A stretch of 64,000 nt of DNA, from IMG/VR virus record IMGVR_UViG_3300044846_001970, positions 20,511-84,510 of that record; one strand, given 5' to 3'. Both the position numbers and the translations under genes were made by a program. Shown here piece by piece: positions 41,071 to 49,627 of this stretch. Position 1 is the first letter of the stretch. Every line of letters begins with the position of its first letter. The notes beneath the pieces were generated by a model. It did not search any database, had not been told where the DNA came from, and saw only the letters and a list, made by a program, of their open reading frames with translations. Source of the stretch: a virus.

Positions 41071-41426
41071 TTGCCTAAAAACTTATAATCTAATAATACA
41101 TCACCTTCAGCTTGAATTTGCATATTAGGATTAATTAAAATTATTTTTTTATTTTCTGTATCTTTTATTACAAGTTTATTTTTTTCACACTTATTAATAC
41201 AATTTCTTACAGTCTGTTCTGACTTAAAAATTTTATATTCTTCAGAGGCATCATAACAAAAAGCAGTAAGTTCTATAGGGCCAATACTACATAATAAAGT
41301 AAGGCACTCTAGATCAGATTCACTCACTGTTATTCTATTAATATAACAGTGAGTCAATATCTGAAATTTAACAACATCTGGTTTAGACATTATTACTTTT
41401 TTCTGTACCTGATTAACTAAAGCCAT
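41067..41426 (-). CDS. Putative winged-HTH protein
   Basis: SEQTVRNCINKCEKNKLVIK...INP. Confidence 0.55.
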   Translation of the reverse strand: MALVNQVQKKVIMSKPDVVKFQILTHCYINRITVSESDLECLTLLCSIGPIELTAFCYDASEEYKIFKSEQTVRNCINKCEKNKLVIKDTENKKIILINPNMQIQAEGDVLLDYKFLGK

Positions 41427-41428
41427 TA

Positions 41429-41704
41429 TTACTTAGTCTTAAGTTTTCTAACAGGTTCTGAATCAATCTCTGTATCATCTGCATCTGAAGTTTCAGGAGT
41501 TTCTGAATTTTGTGTCATCATTGCAAATTGGTAAGCAATACTAGATCTTTTAAATCTTGCTTCATCAATTTTTAAAAGCATGTCTTCATAGTTTAGTTGT
41601 GCTTCTAAATAAGGTACTGAATCCTTATAAAAATTTAGCATATCTGCTTTCCTTTGTGCTAACTGTTCTGCACTCATGTTCTCTTGATCTTGTTGATTTT
41701 CCAT
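41429..41704 (-). CDS. Hypothetical protein
   Basis: 91 aa coiled coil; TATTTTTG element upstream (41728-41735, minus). Confidence 0.65.
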   Translation of the reverse strand: MENQQDQENMSAEQLAQRKADMLNFYKDSVPYLEAQLNYEDMLLKIDEARFKRSSIAYQFAMMTQNSETPETSDADDTEIDSEPVRKLKTK

Positions 41705-41766
41705 TATATATATTTTTAAAGTTTAAACAAAAATACATATAAAGTTTAAATAAAAAACATTTAAAC

Positions 41767-41801
41767 AAAAAAAATCCAGATAATTTAACTTACCTGGATT
41801 T
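41767..41801 (-). terminator. Intrinsic terminator
   Basis: aaatccag...ctggattt hairpin, U-run on minus strand. Confidence 0.55.
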
Positions 41802-41828
41802 CTATACTTAGAGAAGCATAATTAAAAA

Positions 41829-42188
41829 TTACCCTTTAGTTCTTGGTTTTACCATTTTTTTTACATTGCTTATTACTGTTTTTGCATTAGTAACTTTAGC
41901 TGCAATTTTAGGATGGTTCTTTAAAAATTTACCACCACCTATTGGTCCACCATTTTTTTCTTGTTTTAACATTTTTTTAAGACCAAGTCCTGCAGCTGTA
42001 GCAGCACCAATACCTAATAAGGCACCTAATGCGCGACCACCACCTCCTCCACCTCCAGAAGATGTTCTGTATCTAGTTACTTTTCCACAACCACTTTTCT
42101 TTTTTCTTTTTCTTTTTTTACCAGAAGCATCCATATATTCTTCCATACAAGAATCATCCATTGATCCTCCTGTTTCATACTTTTTCAT
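41829..42188 (-). CDS. Small basic protein with GG motifs and hydrophobic segment
   Basis: YETGG, EKNGG, poly-G, ALGALLGIGAATAAGLGL. Confidence 0.6.
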   Translation of the reverse strand: MKKYETGGSMDDSCMEEYMDASGKKRKRKKKSGCGKVTRYRTSSGGGGGGGRALGALLGIGAATAAGLGLKKMLKQEKNGGPIGGGKFLKNHPKIAAKVTNAKTVISNVKKMVKPRTKG

Positions 42189-42190
42189 AA

Positions 42191-42349
42191 TTACCTGTTT
42201 TTAAATGTAAAGTTTAATATTGTTAGCATATAAAAGTCTCTAGAGATATCTATTTCTAATGTAAAGAAATCTATAATACCTACTCTAAATCTTATAGCAA
42301 ATTTATCCCATTGTTTTCTTGATGTGTTCCAGTTGTTTCTAAATTTCAT
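42191..42349 (-). CDS. Hypothetical protein
   Basis: MKFRNNW... start preferred to avoid overlap with amidase. Confidence 0.55.
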   Translation of the reverse strand: MKFRNNWNTSRKQWDKFAIRFRVGIIDFFTLEIDISRDFYMLTILNFTFKNR

Positions 42350-42351
42350 AA

Positions 42352-42999
42352 TTATAATTTTTTTAACATTTCTATTACTCTTGGACAAGGGTACATATCT
42401 GACTTATCCTTTCTTACTGAGTTGTGTGTAAAGATACCTTTATTTCCTTTTAATGCATCTATATCTATATCCCATATAGATTCATTATAATCTTTAGGTA
42501 TATCATAAGTTTCACAAAGATATACTACTAATTGTCTTAGTGATTCTATCTGAGCATCTGTATAAGTAAACCAATGTTTGTGATTTTTATAAGGCTTTTC
42601 TAAGGTAGTTACATTAGAAGCATTAACTTCTCCTCCTACATAATTATAGTACTTACCATTTTTAAAAGATATTGGTCCCCAGTTACATACTTCAATACCT
42701 ATACTTATAGGATCTAAAGATAAGTAAGGAACTTTACTAGCTTTAAAAATACTTTCTTTTAAACCTAAATGATATGCCCAGTCTCTAGAACTAAAACATT
42801 GTACAATTGTACCGTTTGCTCCAATTATGAAGGCAGTGGCAACTCTCTCAGGTTTAGTATCAAAATACTTAGCTACTGATAGTGCATCTGGTCCACCTGC
42901 AGTATGGTGTAGATATATCTGTTTCTTTTCATGTTTAACTTCCATGAACTGACCAGGTCTTAACCTATGTTGAACTATTTTACTTATATCTAATTTCAT
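42352..42999 (-). CDS. Endolysin, N-acetylmuramoyl-L-alanine amidase
   Basis: IYLHHTAG...WAYHLG...SIGIEVCN...FTHNSVR.DKSD. Confidence 0.9.
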   Translation of the reverse strand: MKLDISKIVQHRLRPGQFMEVKHEKKQIYLHHTAGGPDALSVAKYFDTKPERVATAFIIGANGTIVQCFSSRDWAYHLGLKESIFKASKVPYLSLDPISIGIEVCNWGPISFKNGKYYNYVGGEVNASNVTTLEKPYKNHKHWFTYTDAQIESLRQLVVYLCETYDIPKDYNESIWDIDIDALKGNKGIFTHNSVRKDKSDMYPCPRVIEMLKKL

Positions 43000-43502
43000 A
43001 ATACATCATCTTTTGTATCCTTGTAAGCACTTGTAACGGTTTTAACAGTTTTTCTAATTCTATTGAAAGAGTTTGAAACACTTTTTAAAATGTTATTCTT
43101 TGATATGTCAAACCAATTTTCATTTATTGAGGATACTTCCATAAGACAAAGTATTGCCAATAAAACATTAGTACATATTGCAGGTGTTACAATTAAAACT
43201 TGTAAATTAAAAACCTTTAACATTGCTGATATAAATGGTGTTAATGCATAATAATCAATTGGAAATATAACTGCTGCCATTACTAAATAACCGGCTGTCT
43301 TGTGTAAATAACCTAATCTTAATATTTTAGATTTAAATACATCTTTATATTTTCTATTTGTTTCTTCAGCTATTTTTTTAAGTGATATTAATTTAACAAC
43401 AGTATCTACAAAAATTGTAAACATTAAAATTAATACAAGCATTTGTATAGGAGCAAAGAAAGAGAACATAGCACTAAAAAAGAAAATTAAATTTGTTTTC
43501 AT
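42996..43502 (-). CDS. Holin (phage holin 4-like)
   Basis: Three hydrophobic segments, E..SI.EN motif, adjacent to endolysin. Confidence 0.75.
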   Translation of the reverse strand: MKTNLIFFFSAMFSFFAPIQMLVLILMFTIFVDTVVKLISLKKIAEETNRKYKDVFKSKILRLGYLHKTAGYLVMAAVIFPIDYYALTPFISAMLKVFNLQVLIVTPAICTNVLLAILCLMEVSSINENWFDISKNNILKSVSNSFNRIRKTVKTVTSAYKDTKDDVL

Positions 43503-43987
43503 ATCACTGGAATTTGTGCTTTTATTATTCTATACACTATATATAAGATTACTAAAATTAACCATATACCACCAAACCAAGCTAAGAAATTTATCCACCC
43601 GGGAATATACTTAATTTTTTCTGGTTTAAGTGTTTTGGTTATAGTATTGGTATGATATATATCATTACCCTTAATTGTTTTATAGATTGTTTCAACTTTG
43701 GCTTTTGTGTAATACACATTGTTTTGAAGTTTAGTTTGCAAACTTACTAACTTACCATCCTTGTCTCTAAGGTCACCATTTAGTTTAGATATAACATTAC
43801 CAAGAGAGTCACAATAAAGTGTATCTAATAGCGTTATTGTTTCTCCAGGAATAGTTATTGTAGTGTCCTTAACTTGTATTACTGTTATAGTGCTATCTTT
43901 CTGAACACATAATGGACAGTATTTAGCAAGTCTCTTTTCAAGAGAACAAGAAGATAATAATAAAAGTAATATAATTAAGTATTTCAT
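43499..43987 (-). CDS. Lipoprotein, putative unimolecular spanin
   Basis: LLLLSSC lipobox plus C-terminal TM helix, in lysis cassette. Confidence 0.65.
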   Translation of the reverse strand: MKYLIILLLLLSSCSLEKRLAKYCPLCVQKDSTITVIQVKDTTITIPGETITLLDTLYCDSLGNVISKLNGDLRDKDGKLVSLQTKLQNNVYYTKAKVETIYKTIKGNDIYHTNTITKTLKPEKIKYIPGWINFLAWFGGIWLILVILYIVYRIIKAQIPVI

Positions 43988-43999
43988 ATTTATTTTTTA

Positions 44000-45892
44000 T
44001 TAAGGTATGCAAGTTCCACAAGCTGAAGTATAAACACCACTAGCAAAAATTGTAGCAGGTCCTAATGTTGGAGTAGTTATAGTATAACAATTACCATTAT
44101 TACCTCCTGTAACTAATCCTACTTGAGTATCAGCTACAAATATAACTTCATTTGGTGATACACCATCACAAGCTACAGCAGTATAAAAACCTTTCAATAA
44201 ACAATCTCCACAATTTTTGGTTGGTGCTCCTATTGTAATAGTTGCAGGTCCTGAAGTTATTTCACCATTACTATACCAACAATTACCATCATTAGTTACA
44301 AATGAATAACCTCCAATAGGTAGTATTTCAGGAATAACATCATAGAAAACTGCAGGAAAATCAGTAAGGCAATCATATGCTATATAAAAATTAGGACAGC
44401 TTCCACAATCTTCACAATTTTCATATATACCATTAAAAGTATCAATAGTAATAGTTGGAGTACTTGTATCATCCCATTCAAGAACTGTATAACATGTTAA
44501 TTCAGTTGGTGTTACTATAGTTGAAATACTAATAACAGCATCTACATCAAGTCCAAAGGTATAACTAACATATTCTATTATTCCAGAACAACAATTTTGT
44601 ACTTTGTAAATTACGGGACCTTTACAGCTATCTAAATCAGCAAGGCATGTTTGACATGCAGCCACACCAGCACCATAATTAGTTACTGCTTGAATAAAGG
44701 CTGCATTAACAGTGAAACCTGGCTGAGGTGTAGGTGATATGGTCCAACAATATCCATATTGATCCATAAATGTATCTCCACCAATTACACCAGAACCAAG
44801 AAGATCAAGTGTTGTAAATAAATTTACTCTTACTCCACAACAACTCTTTAGGTTATAAACATCAGGACATGCTCCTGGTGTAGTAATACAAGTTGGACAA
44901 TCTGTAGTAATTGAATCAACTATTACTAGTCCAGTTATTGGACCAGATGTTTCTGCTGTTACATTCCAACAGAAACCATAAGTATCTATAAATGTATCAC
45001 CTAAACTAATTCCTGGTAATGATCCTGTAAATGATTCAGATTGACCACTGCAACAAGATTCTACAACTAAGTTCATCGGACATGGATTAACTATAAGACA
45101 TGCAGCACAATCATTATATGAAGTATCAACAAATCTTACAGTATCTATTGGATCTGATGTTGTTTCTATAATTGTCCAACAGTTACCTTCTGTATCTGAG
45201 AATGTTCCTGATGCTGGTAAGTTTTGAGTACCTAAACTTATAACCTCAAACACTGCTTGTTCACAACAGTTTTGAATTCTTACATTTGTAATTACTGGTA
45301 TTGGTGCACAAGATTTAGTAATATCAAGTGTATATGAAAAATTACAATCAGCAGGAGGATTATAAAAAGTAGGACAAGTTACTCCAACATATAATAATGT
45401 ACCTGCAGATAATGTTACATCAGTTGTTTCTAAAGAAAAACAAACATTAAATTCTGGTTTTGGTATTTCAGGAAATAGTTGTGCAGGTATTAATGTAAAT
45501 ACATTAACTTGCTCATCTACAGCATTAGTAAATTCTAGACAACTTACATATGATACACCTATTAAGAATTGACAATTAGCACCTCCTGCTGCAGTTCCAC
45601 GAGCTATTCCTTGTAAAGTTATAACATCATTTACATCTACATCTACAGGCAGTATAATTGCCATAGCTGGCAAAGCTTTTGGAACATTTAGTATATTACC
45701 ACCTAAAGCTGCAGTATAATAAGTTGTAGGATTAGACATCCAACTATAAGTTCCACCTATAAAAGCCCAGGTATCATCATTATCAGGAGCGACACTAGTA
45801 TTAAAACTACTAGCTAATGTTGCTACTTTAGTATGATCAACTTTGCAATTATCTTCTGGTATAATTGGTGTTATATATATTTGTGTACTCAT
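44000..45892 (-). CDS. Cys-rich repeat protein (putative fibre/decoration)
   Basis: About 6 repeats of (S/N)CC...F.D..G.CW.I...DC..C. Confidence 0.6.
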   Translation of the reverse strand: MSTQIYITPIIPEDNCKVDHTKVATLASSFNTSVAPDNDDTWAFIGGTYSWMSNPTTYYTAALGGNILNVPKALPAMAIILPVDVDVNDVITLQGIARGTAAGGANCQFLIGVSYVSCLEFTNAVDEQVNVFTLIPAQLFPEIPKPEFNVCFSLETTDVTLSAGTLLYVGVTCPTFYNPPADCNFSYTLDITKSCAPIPVITNVRIQNCCEQAVFEVISLGTQNLPASGTFSDTEGNCWTIIETTSDPIDTVRFVDTSYNDCAACLIVNPCPMNLVVESCCSGQSESFTGSLPGISLGDTFIDTYGFCWNVTAETSGPITGLVIVDSITTDCPTCITTPGACPDVYNLKSCCGVRVNLFTTLDLLGSGVIGGDTFMDQYGYCWTISPTPQPGFTVNAAFIQAVTNYGAGVAACQTCLADLDSCKGPVIYKVQNCCSGIIEYVSYTFGLDVDAVISISTIVTPTELTCYTVLEWDDTSTPTITIDTFNGIYENCEDCGSCPNFYIAYDCLTDFPAVFYDVIPEILPIGGYSFVTNDGNCWYSNGEITSGPATITIGAPTKNCGDCLLKGFYTAVACDGVSPNEVIFVADTQVGLVTGGNNGNCYTITTPTLGPATIFASGVYTSACGTCIP

Positions 45893-45893
45893 C

Positions 45894-46241
45894 TTACAAT
45901 ATAAAAGTAATTAAAAATGTAGTTCCTGTTGCATCAAAAAATATACCTTGTATAGTATTATTTAATCCTGGATCATAATTAATTGTTACTCCTGCTGGTA
46001 CTGATACTCCATCAACTGTTCCTGCTGCAGCTCCTACATTTGCTATAGAAAAACTATATGTATTAGCAGGTACAGTACCTACTCCTGTAACAGAAACAAT
46101 TTTAGGAATTCTTATTTCAGGTGGACAACAAGTTCCGGCTGTTAAGGCATTAATAATACCTTGAAGACCTTGCAACATTTTTAATTGCCACGGGAAATTA
46201 TTTCCTTTTAAACCATCTGTTTTTAAATCTCCTACTGACAT
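45894..46241 (-). CDS. Putative virion structural protein
   Basis: MSVGDLKTDG.KGNNFPWQLKML N-terminus, beta-rich C-terminus. Confidence 0.55.
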   Translation of the reverse strand: MSVGDLKTDGLKGNNFPWQLKMLQGLQGIINALTAGTCCPPEIRIPKIVSVTGVGTVPANTYSFSIANVGAAAGTVDGVSVPAGVTINYDPGLNNTIQGIFFDATGTTFLITFIL

Positions 46242-46280
46242 AGTTGTTAAAGTTTAATTATTAAAATAAATAGTTATACT

Positions 46281-46751
46281 TTAATCAAGTATAAGATAAG
46301 AAATTTTTAATGCAGCATTTAAGGTTGTTGTACCTGATGCATTTTTAAATTTAATTGCAAAACTTCCATTTGCTATACCATTTGTAGTTACTAATGGCAT
46401 TCCAGTAGTACCAGTATAATCAACAGTTAATAATATTTTAGATGCTGTAGTTACTTTACTATTATTTACTGTAAATGTAGTTGAAGCAGTACCTGTTAAA
46501 GTACTTGGAAGAGTTGTTATTGTTCCATTATGTGCATTAACTGTAACAGCAGTAGTTATTGAAGTTATCTGAGTTACATTAGCAGTATCATATAATGCTT
46601 GCAAAGGAGCTGCATTTACTGCAAGTGGTAACCAACGATCATCTCTACTTGGATCTTTAGCTCCAATTGCTAATAGATTTTGTGTATCAGTTGGTAAAGT
46701 TGTTCTGTAGTTTCCGGCTTTAATCCAAGAAATAAAATTTAAAATATCCAT
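46281..46751 (-). CDS. Putative head fibre/decoration protein
   Basis: Thr-rich, VTQITSITTAVTVNA..G.ITT motif; late motif upstream. Confidence 0.55.
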   Translation of the reverse strand: MDILNFISWIKAGNYRTTLPTDTQNLLAIGAKDPSRDDRWLPLAVNAAPLQALYDTANVTQITSITTAVTVNAHNGTITTLPSTLTGTASTTFTVNNSKVTTASKILLTVDYTGTTGMPLVTTNGIANGSFAIKFKNASGTTTLNAALKISYLILD

Positions 46752-46818
46752 GATTTATTTTTTATAAGTTTATATGTATAATATACTAAATATTATTCAA
46801 ATAACAAAATAATTAAAT

Positions 46819-46847
46819 AAAAAAAGCCCTGCTGTTACCTAGGGCTT
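46819..46847 (-). terminator. Intrinsic terminator
   Basis: aagccct/agggctt hairpin, U-run on minus strand. Confidence 0.55.
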
Positions 46848-46888
46848 CTCATTAACTTAAAAGGAAACTAACCAAAGAAACTTTTAAG

Positions 46889-47080
46889 TCAAATCCATAG
46901 TCCTATAAGGAAGGACATTATAATTATTATAAATATGCAATAGTTTGCAATTGTATTTCCTATACTATCAAATTCAAAGTTTTTACTCATCTTATTAAAA
47001 ACTGGTTTTGACATAGCATTAGCTATTAACCATAGTAATAATATAACTGCACAAAATGATATAATAACAATTGTTTTCAT
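46889..47080 (-). CDS. Small two-TM membrane protein
   Basis: Two hydrophobic segments. Confidence 0.6.
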   Translation of the reverse strand: MKTIVIISFCAVILLLWLIANAMSKPVFNKMSKNFEFDSIGNTIANYCIFIIIIMSFLIGLWI

Positions 47081-47454
47081 AGTGTATCTATTCTTCTCTG
47101 TAAATATACTAAAGCTTTTTCTAAATCTTCTTTTTTGTTAAAACTTTTTTTACCAGCTCTTGCTAAATACTTTAGAACATTACCTAAATAAAAATCTTTA
47201 TCTAGCTTCCATGCTTCTAATACACTGAATACTTCATAGGTTGTATCTTTTCCTCCATAGTATTCCGGACGGGAATTAAATGGAGGTTTATCTTTTCTAA
47301 AGTCATGTACATCTTCTGCAAGAGTATTATACTTTAGATCCTTTACATTATAAGGAGTATAAGTTTTTATTCTCTCTTCAATATCTTTTGGAGACAGTTC
47401 TTTAGAATTAATTGTACTAGATGAAAAGTAATCATCATGTGAGATATTTACCAT
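47077..47454 (-). CDS. DUF3310 domain protein
   Basis: RPEYY...FYLGNVLKYLARAGKK...EDLEKA..YL. Confidence 0.85.
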   Translation of the reverse strand: MVNISHDDYFSSSTINSKELSPKDIEERIKTYTPYNVKDLKYNTLAEDVHDFRKDKPPFNSRPEYYGGKDTTYEVFSVLEAWKLDKDFYLGNVLKYLARAGKKSFNKKEDLEKALVYLQRRIDTL

Positions 47455-47735
47455 ATGATTGCTATATCCATTTCATTCAACATTAACTTGACACTTCCTT
47501 CAATGTCAACTTTTTCTGCATGTTCTAATTGACTAACTGCAATATACACTACATCTCCTGCAACAACATCTTCTACTTTATCTCCTACAGCATAAATAGT
47601 AAGTCTATTCCATTGCTTCATTGCTTCATACATTAATGCATCATCATCTTTAGCAGATAACTTAATTGCTGACTCTTTCTTTACAGGTACTTCTATTAAG
47701 ATTCTTCTTCCTCTTAATGTTTTAAATTTGTTCAT
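47448..47735 (-). CDS. groES: GroES-like co-chaperonin
   Basis: RILIE...IYAVGDKVEDVVAGDVVY...LNEMDI. Confidence 0.75.
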   Translation of the reverse strand: MNKFKTLRGRRILIEVPVKKESAIKLSAKDDDALMYEAMKQWNRLTIYAVGDKVEDVVAGDVVYIAVSQLEHAEKVDIEGSVKLMLNEMDIAIIW

Positions 47736-47739
47736 ACTT

Positions 47740-48069
47740 TTATTTTAGGGTTATTACTTTGTTTATAGACATTTGAGCATTAACTATTTGTCCTAGAGCA
47801 TGCTCAAATAAAATGCTTCTAACTGGATTACCTCCGGCTAATACATATTCTTCTCTTAATACATTGGTTGCTTCTGCCATAAGTTTTTTAACTTTATAGT
47901 CTGAAGAATCTTCTGATAAATCAAAATCTATTTCCATTAAAGTTTCTCCAAAAGATACTATTTTAGTTTCTTTAAAGGCTAATTGTTCTTCATTATTTTT
48001 ATGAGATCCATCACAAAAGCCATTAGCATCTTGAGATTTTCCACATCCACATTTAGGTTTATCTGACAT
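47740..48069 (-). CDS. CDGSH iron-sulfur domain fused to Acb2-like helical hairpin
   Basis: CGCGKSQDANGFCDGSH; start MSDK preferred because TATATTTG lies upstream at 48091-48098. Confidence 0.7.
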   Translation of the reverse strand: MSDKPKCGCGKSQDANGFCDGSHKNNEEQLAFKETKIVSFGETLMEIDFDLSEDSSDYKVKKLMAEATNVLREEYVLAGGNPVRSILFEHALGQIVNAQMSINKVITLK

Positions 48070-48101
48070 AATATATTTGTTTGGTTTATGCAAATATATA
48101 A

Positions 48102-48242
48102 TTATTTTCCTTGACCTCTATATAATTTTTTATATTTTTTTGAAGACTTCAATTGAGAGCTTCCGCTCTTAGCATGTATGCCTGGTCTAGAGATATTCTT
48201 TTTTACTTTTGTGGTCAAGCCACTGTCTTTAATTTTTGCCAT
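48102..48242 (-). CDS. Small basic protein (YRGQG type)
   Basis: Manual translation, 46 aa: MAKIKDSG...SKKYKKLYRGQGK. Confidence 0.65.
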   Translation of the reverse strand: MAKIKDSGLTTKVKKNISRPGIHAKSGSSQLKSSKKYKKLYRGQGK

Positions 48243-48254
48243 GATTATAATATA

Positions 48255-48527
48255 TTAACAGTTCCATTTTCTTAATGCAAGAGTCTTTCTTGTAGGTTCT
48301 CCGTTTGGTTTTTTAGCAGGGCCTGGCATACCAGACATTCTAGCGCAAAAACTCTTTCTTCTTTTAGCATCTTTACTTCCAGCTTTTAATTTAGATGGTT
48401 TAGTTGTTACTGCTGTCTGAAGTTTACTACCAGGATTAGCTGCTCTATAAGAAGCTACTCCTTTAGCATTCAATCCTCCTTTAGGATCTTTACCTTCTTT
48501 TCTGGTCCAAGCTGCTGTCTTTGCCAT
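48255..48527 (-). CDS. Small basic phage protein (DUF6321-like)
   Basis: AWTRKEGK..KGGLNAKG...RRKSFCARM...LRKWNC. Confidence 0.7.
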   Translation of the reverse strand: MAKTAAWTRKEGKDPKGGLNAKGVASYRAANPGSKLQTAVTTKPSKLKAGSKDAKRRKSFCARMSGMPGPAKKPNGEPTRKTLALRKWNC

Positions 48528-48529
48528 GA

Positions 48530-48868
48530 TTATACTTTTTTAACTTTATTACCCATACCTACTCTAGATTTTTCTGCTTTTTTAGCAGTTAACTTAGAGG
48601 GTGTTATTTCACTTTTAGTTTTAGGTGTAGCTTTAGATACTCTTTTGGTAGGTCTACAGTATTCATTCTTTCCTCCTGCACCACAAGCTTTTCCTGATTT
48701 AGTATCTTGCCATTTTTCTGCTTGCCATCTTTTAAGATCTGATCCAGCTTTAGTTTTTCTAACAGTGCCAGAACCTTTCCTACATTTAGCAATAGCTTGA
48801 GAAGCCCTTGCTGAAGGGAACACAGCGTACTGTGCTTTTACTTTTTTATAACAAGCATCTTTTGGCAT
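48530..48868 (-). CDS. Small basic phage protein (DUF5872-like)
   Basis: DACYKKVK..Y.VFPSA.AS...LKRW..EKW.D...YCRP.KRVS..TPKT. Confidence 0.65.
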   Translation of the reverse strand: MPKDACYKKVKAQYAVFPSARASQAIAKCRKGSGTVRKTKAGSDLKRWQAEKWQDTKSGKACGAGGKNEYCRPTKRVSKATPKTKSEITPSKLTAKKAEKSRVGMGNKVKKV

Positions 48869-49176
48869 TACTTTTTCTTTTTAATTACTCCACCTTTTTT
48901 ATAAGTTTCATATTGTACATCTGATCTAACTTTTTTACCACCTTTAAATAACTTTTTAGTTTCTTTTTGTGATGTCCAATCTCCCTCTTTATTTCTTTTT
49001 ACAACTTGTTTTTCTATATATTTACTTCTAGGTTCATCTTTAGTTTTATATGTAATATCTTTTTCTTTACTAATACCTTTTTTTGTAAGTCTATTAAAAG
49101 AAGAAATTTGTATGTTTTTTCCACCATCTGTTTTTATAACTTCTCTAGTTCTTTTAAGAATTTTAGGTATGTTCAT
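48868..49176 (-). CDS. Small basic protein with YKKGG motif
   Basis: 102 aa, Lys-rich. Confidence 0.6.
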   Translation of the reverse strand: MNIPKILKRTREVIKTDGGKNIQISSFNRLTKKGISKEKDITYKTKDEPRSKYIEKQVVKRNKEGDWTSQKETKKLFKGGKKVRSDVQYETYKKGGVIKKKK

Positions 49177-49180
49177 AGTT

Positions 49181-49627
49181 TTATTTTCTAGAGAAGAACC
49201 CTTTCTTAGGTGCTTCTATTTTAGTACTCTTTAGTTTTTCAATTATCTTGTTTGCCTCATCTTCAGCAAATGTTATAACCTCTTCTTCTTTATCTTTTAT
49301 ATTCCAGTTGTTTAGTAAGATACTCATGTGCATAGTTTCATGCATGACAGCTGTGGCTTTCTCTGTAACATTATACTTTTTAAAAGTACCTAAGTTTAAA
49401 AACAAGAATGGTTTGTGTGGGGATTTAGCAGTTAACTTTTTATCTGCCGGATCATAGTTAGTTAATCCATATATGTAAACTCCATTGCCAACAGTCATAT
49501 CTACTTCTTCAGCTTGAGCATCTGCTCTATTCAACCCGTGCATCTCATCTACTTTATAGTAGTCAAAGATTTCAGTAGCATCATTACCTATAAGTAAGAT
49601 GTACTTACCCATATCAACTTTCTTCAT
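49181..49627 (-). CDS. Putative zinc metallopeptidase (HExxH)
   Basis: VMHETMHM followed by EEE; late motif upstream. Confidence 0.6.
   Translation of the reverse strand: MKKVDMGKYILLIGNDATEIFDYYKVDEMHGLNRADAQAEEVDMTVGNGVYIYGLTNYDPADKKLTAKSPHKPFLFLNLGTFKKYNVTEKATAVMHETMHMSILLNNWNIKDKEEEVITFAEDEANKIIEKLKSTKIEAPKKGFFSRK

Noticed and set aside
389-49457. Many short plus-strand ORFs (and nested minus ORFs) in the track within the structural arm
   Set aside because: They are antisense or alternate-frame shadows of long genes, with F/I/S/C-biased composition and no motifs.
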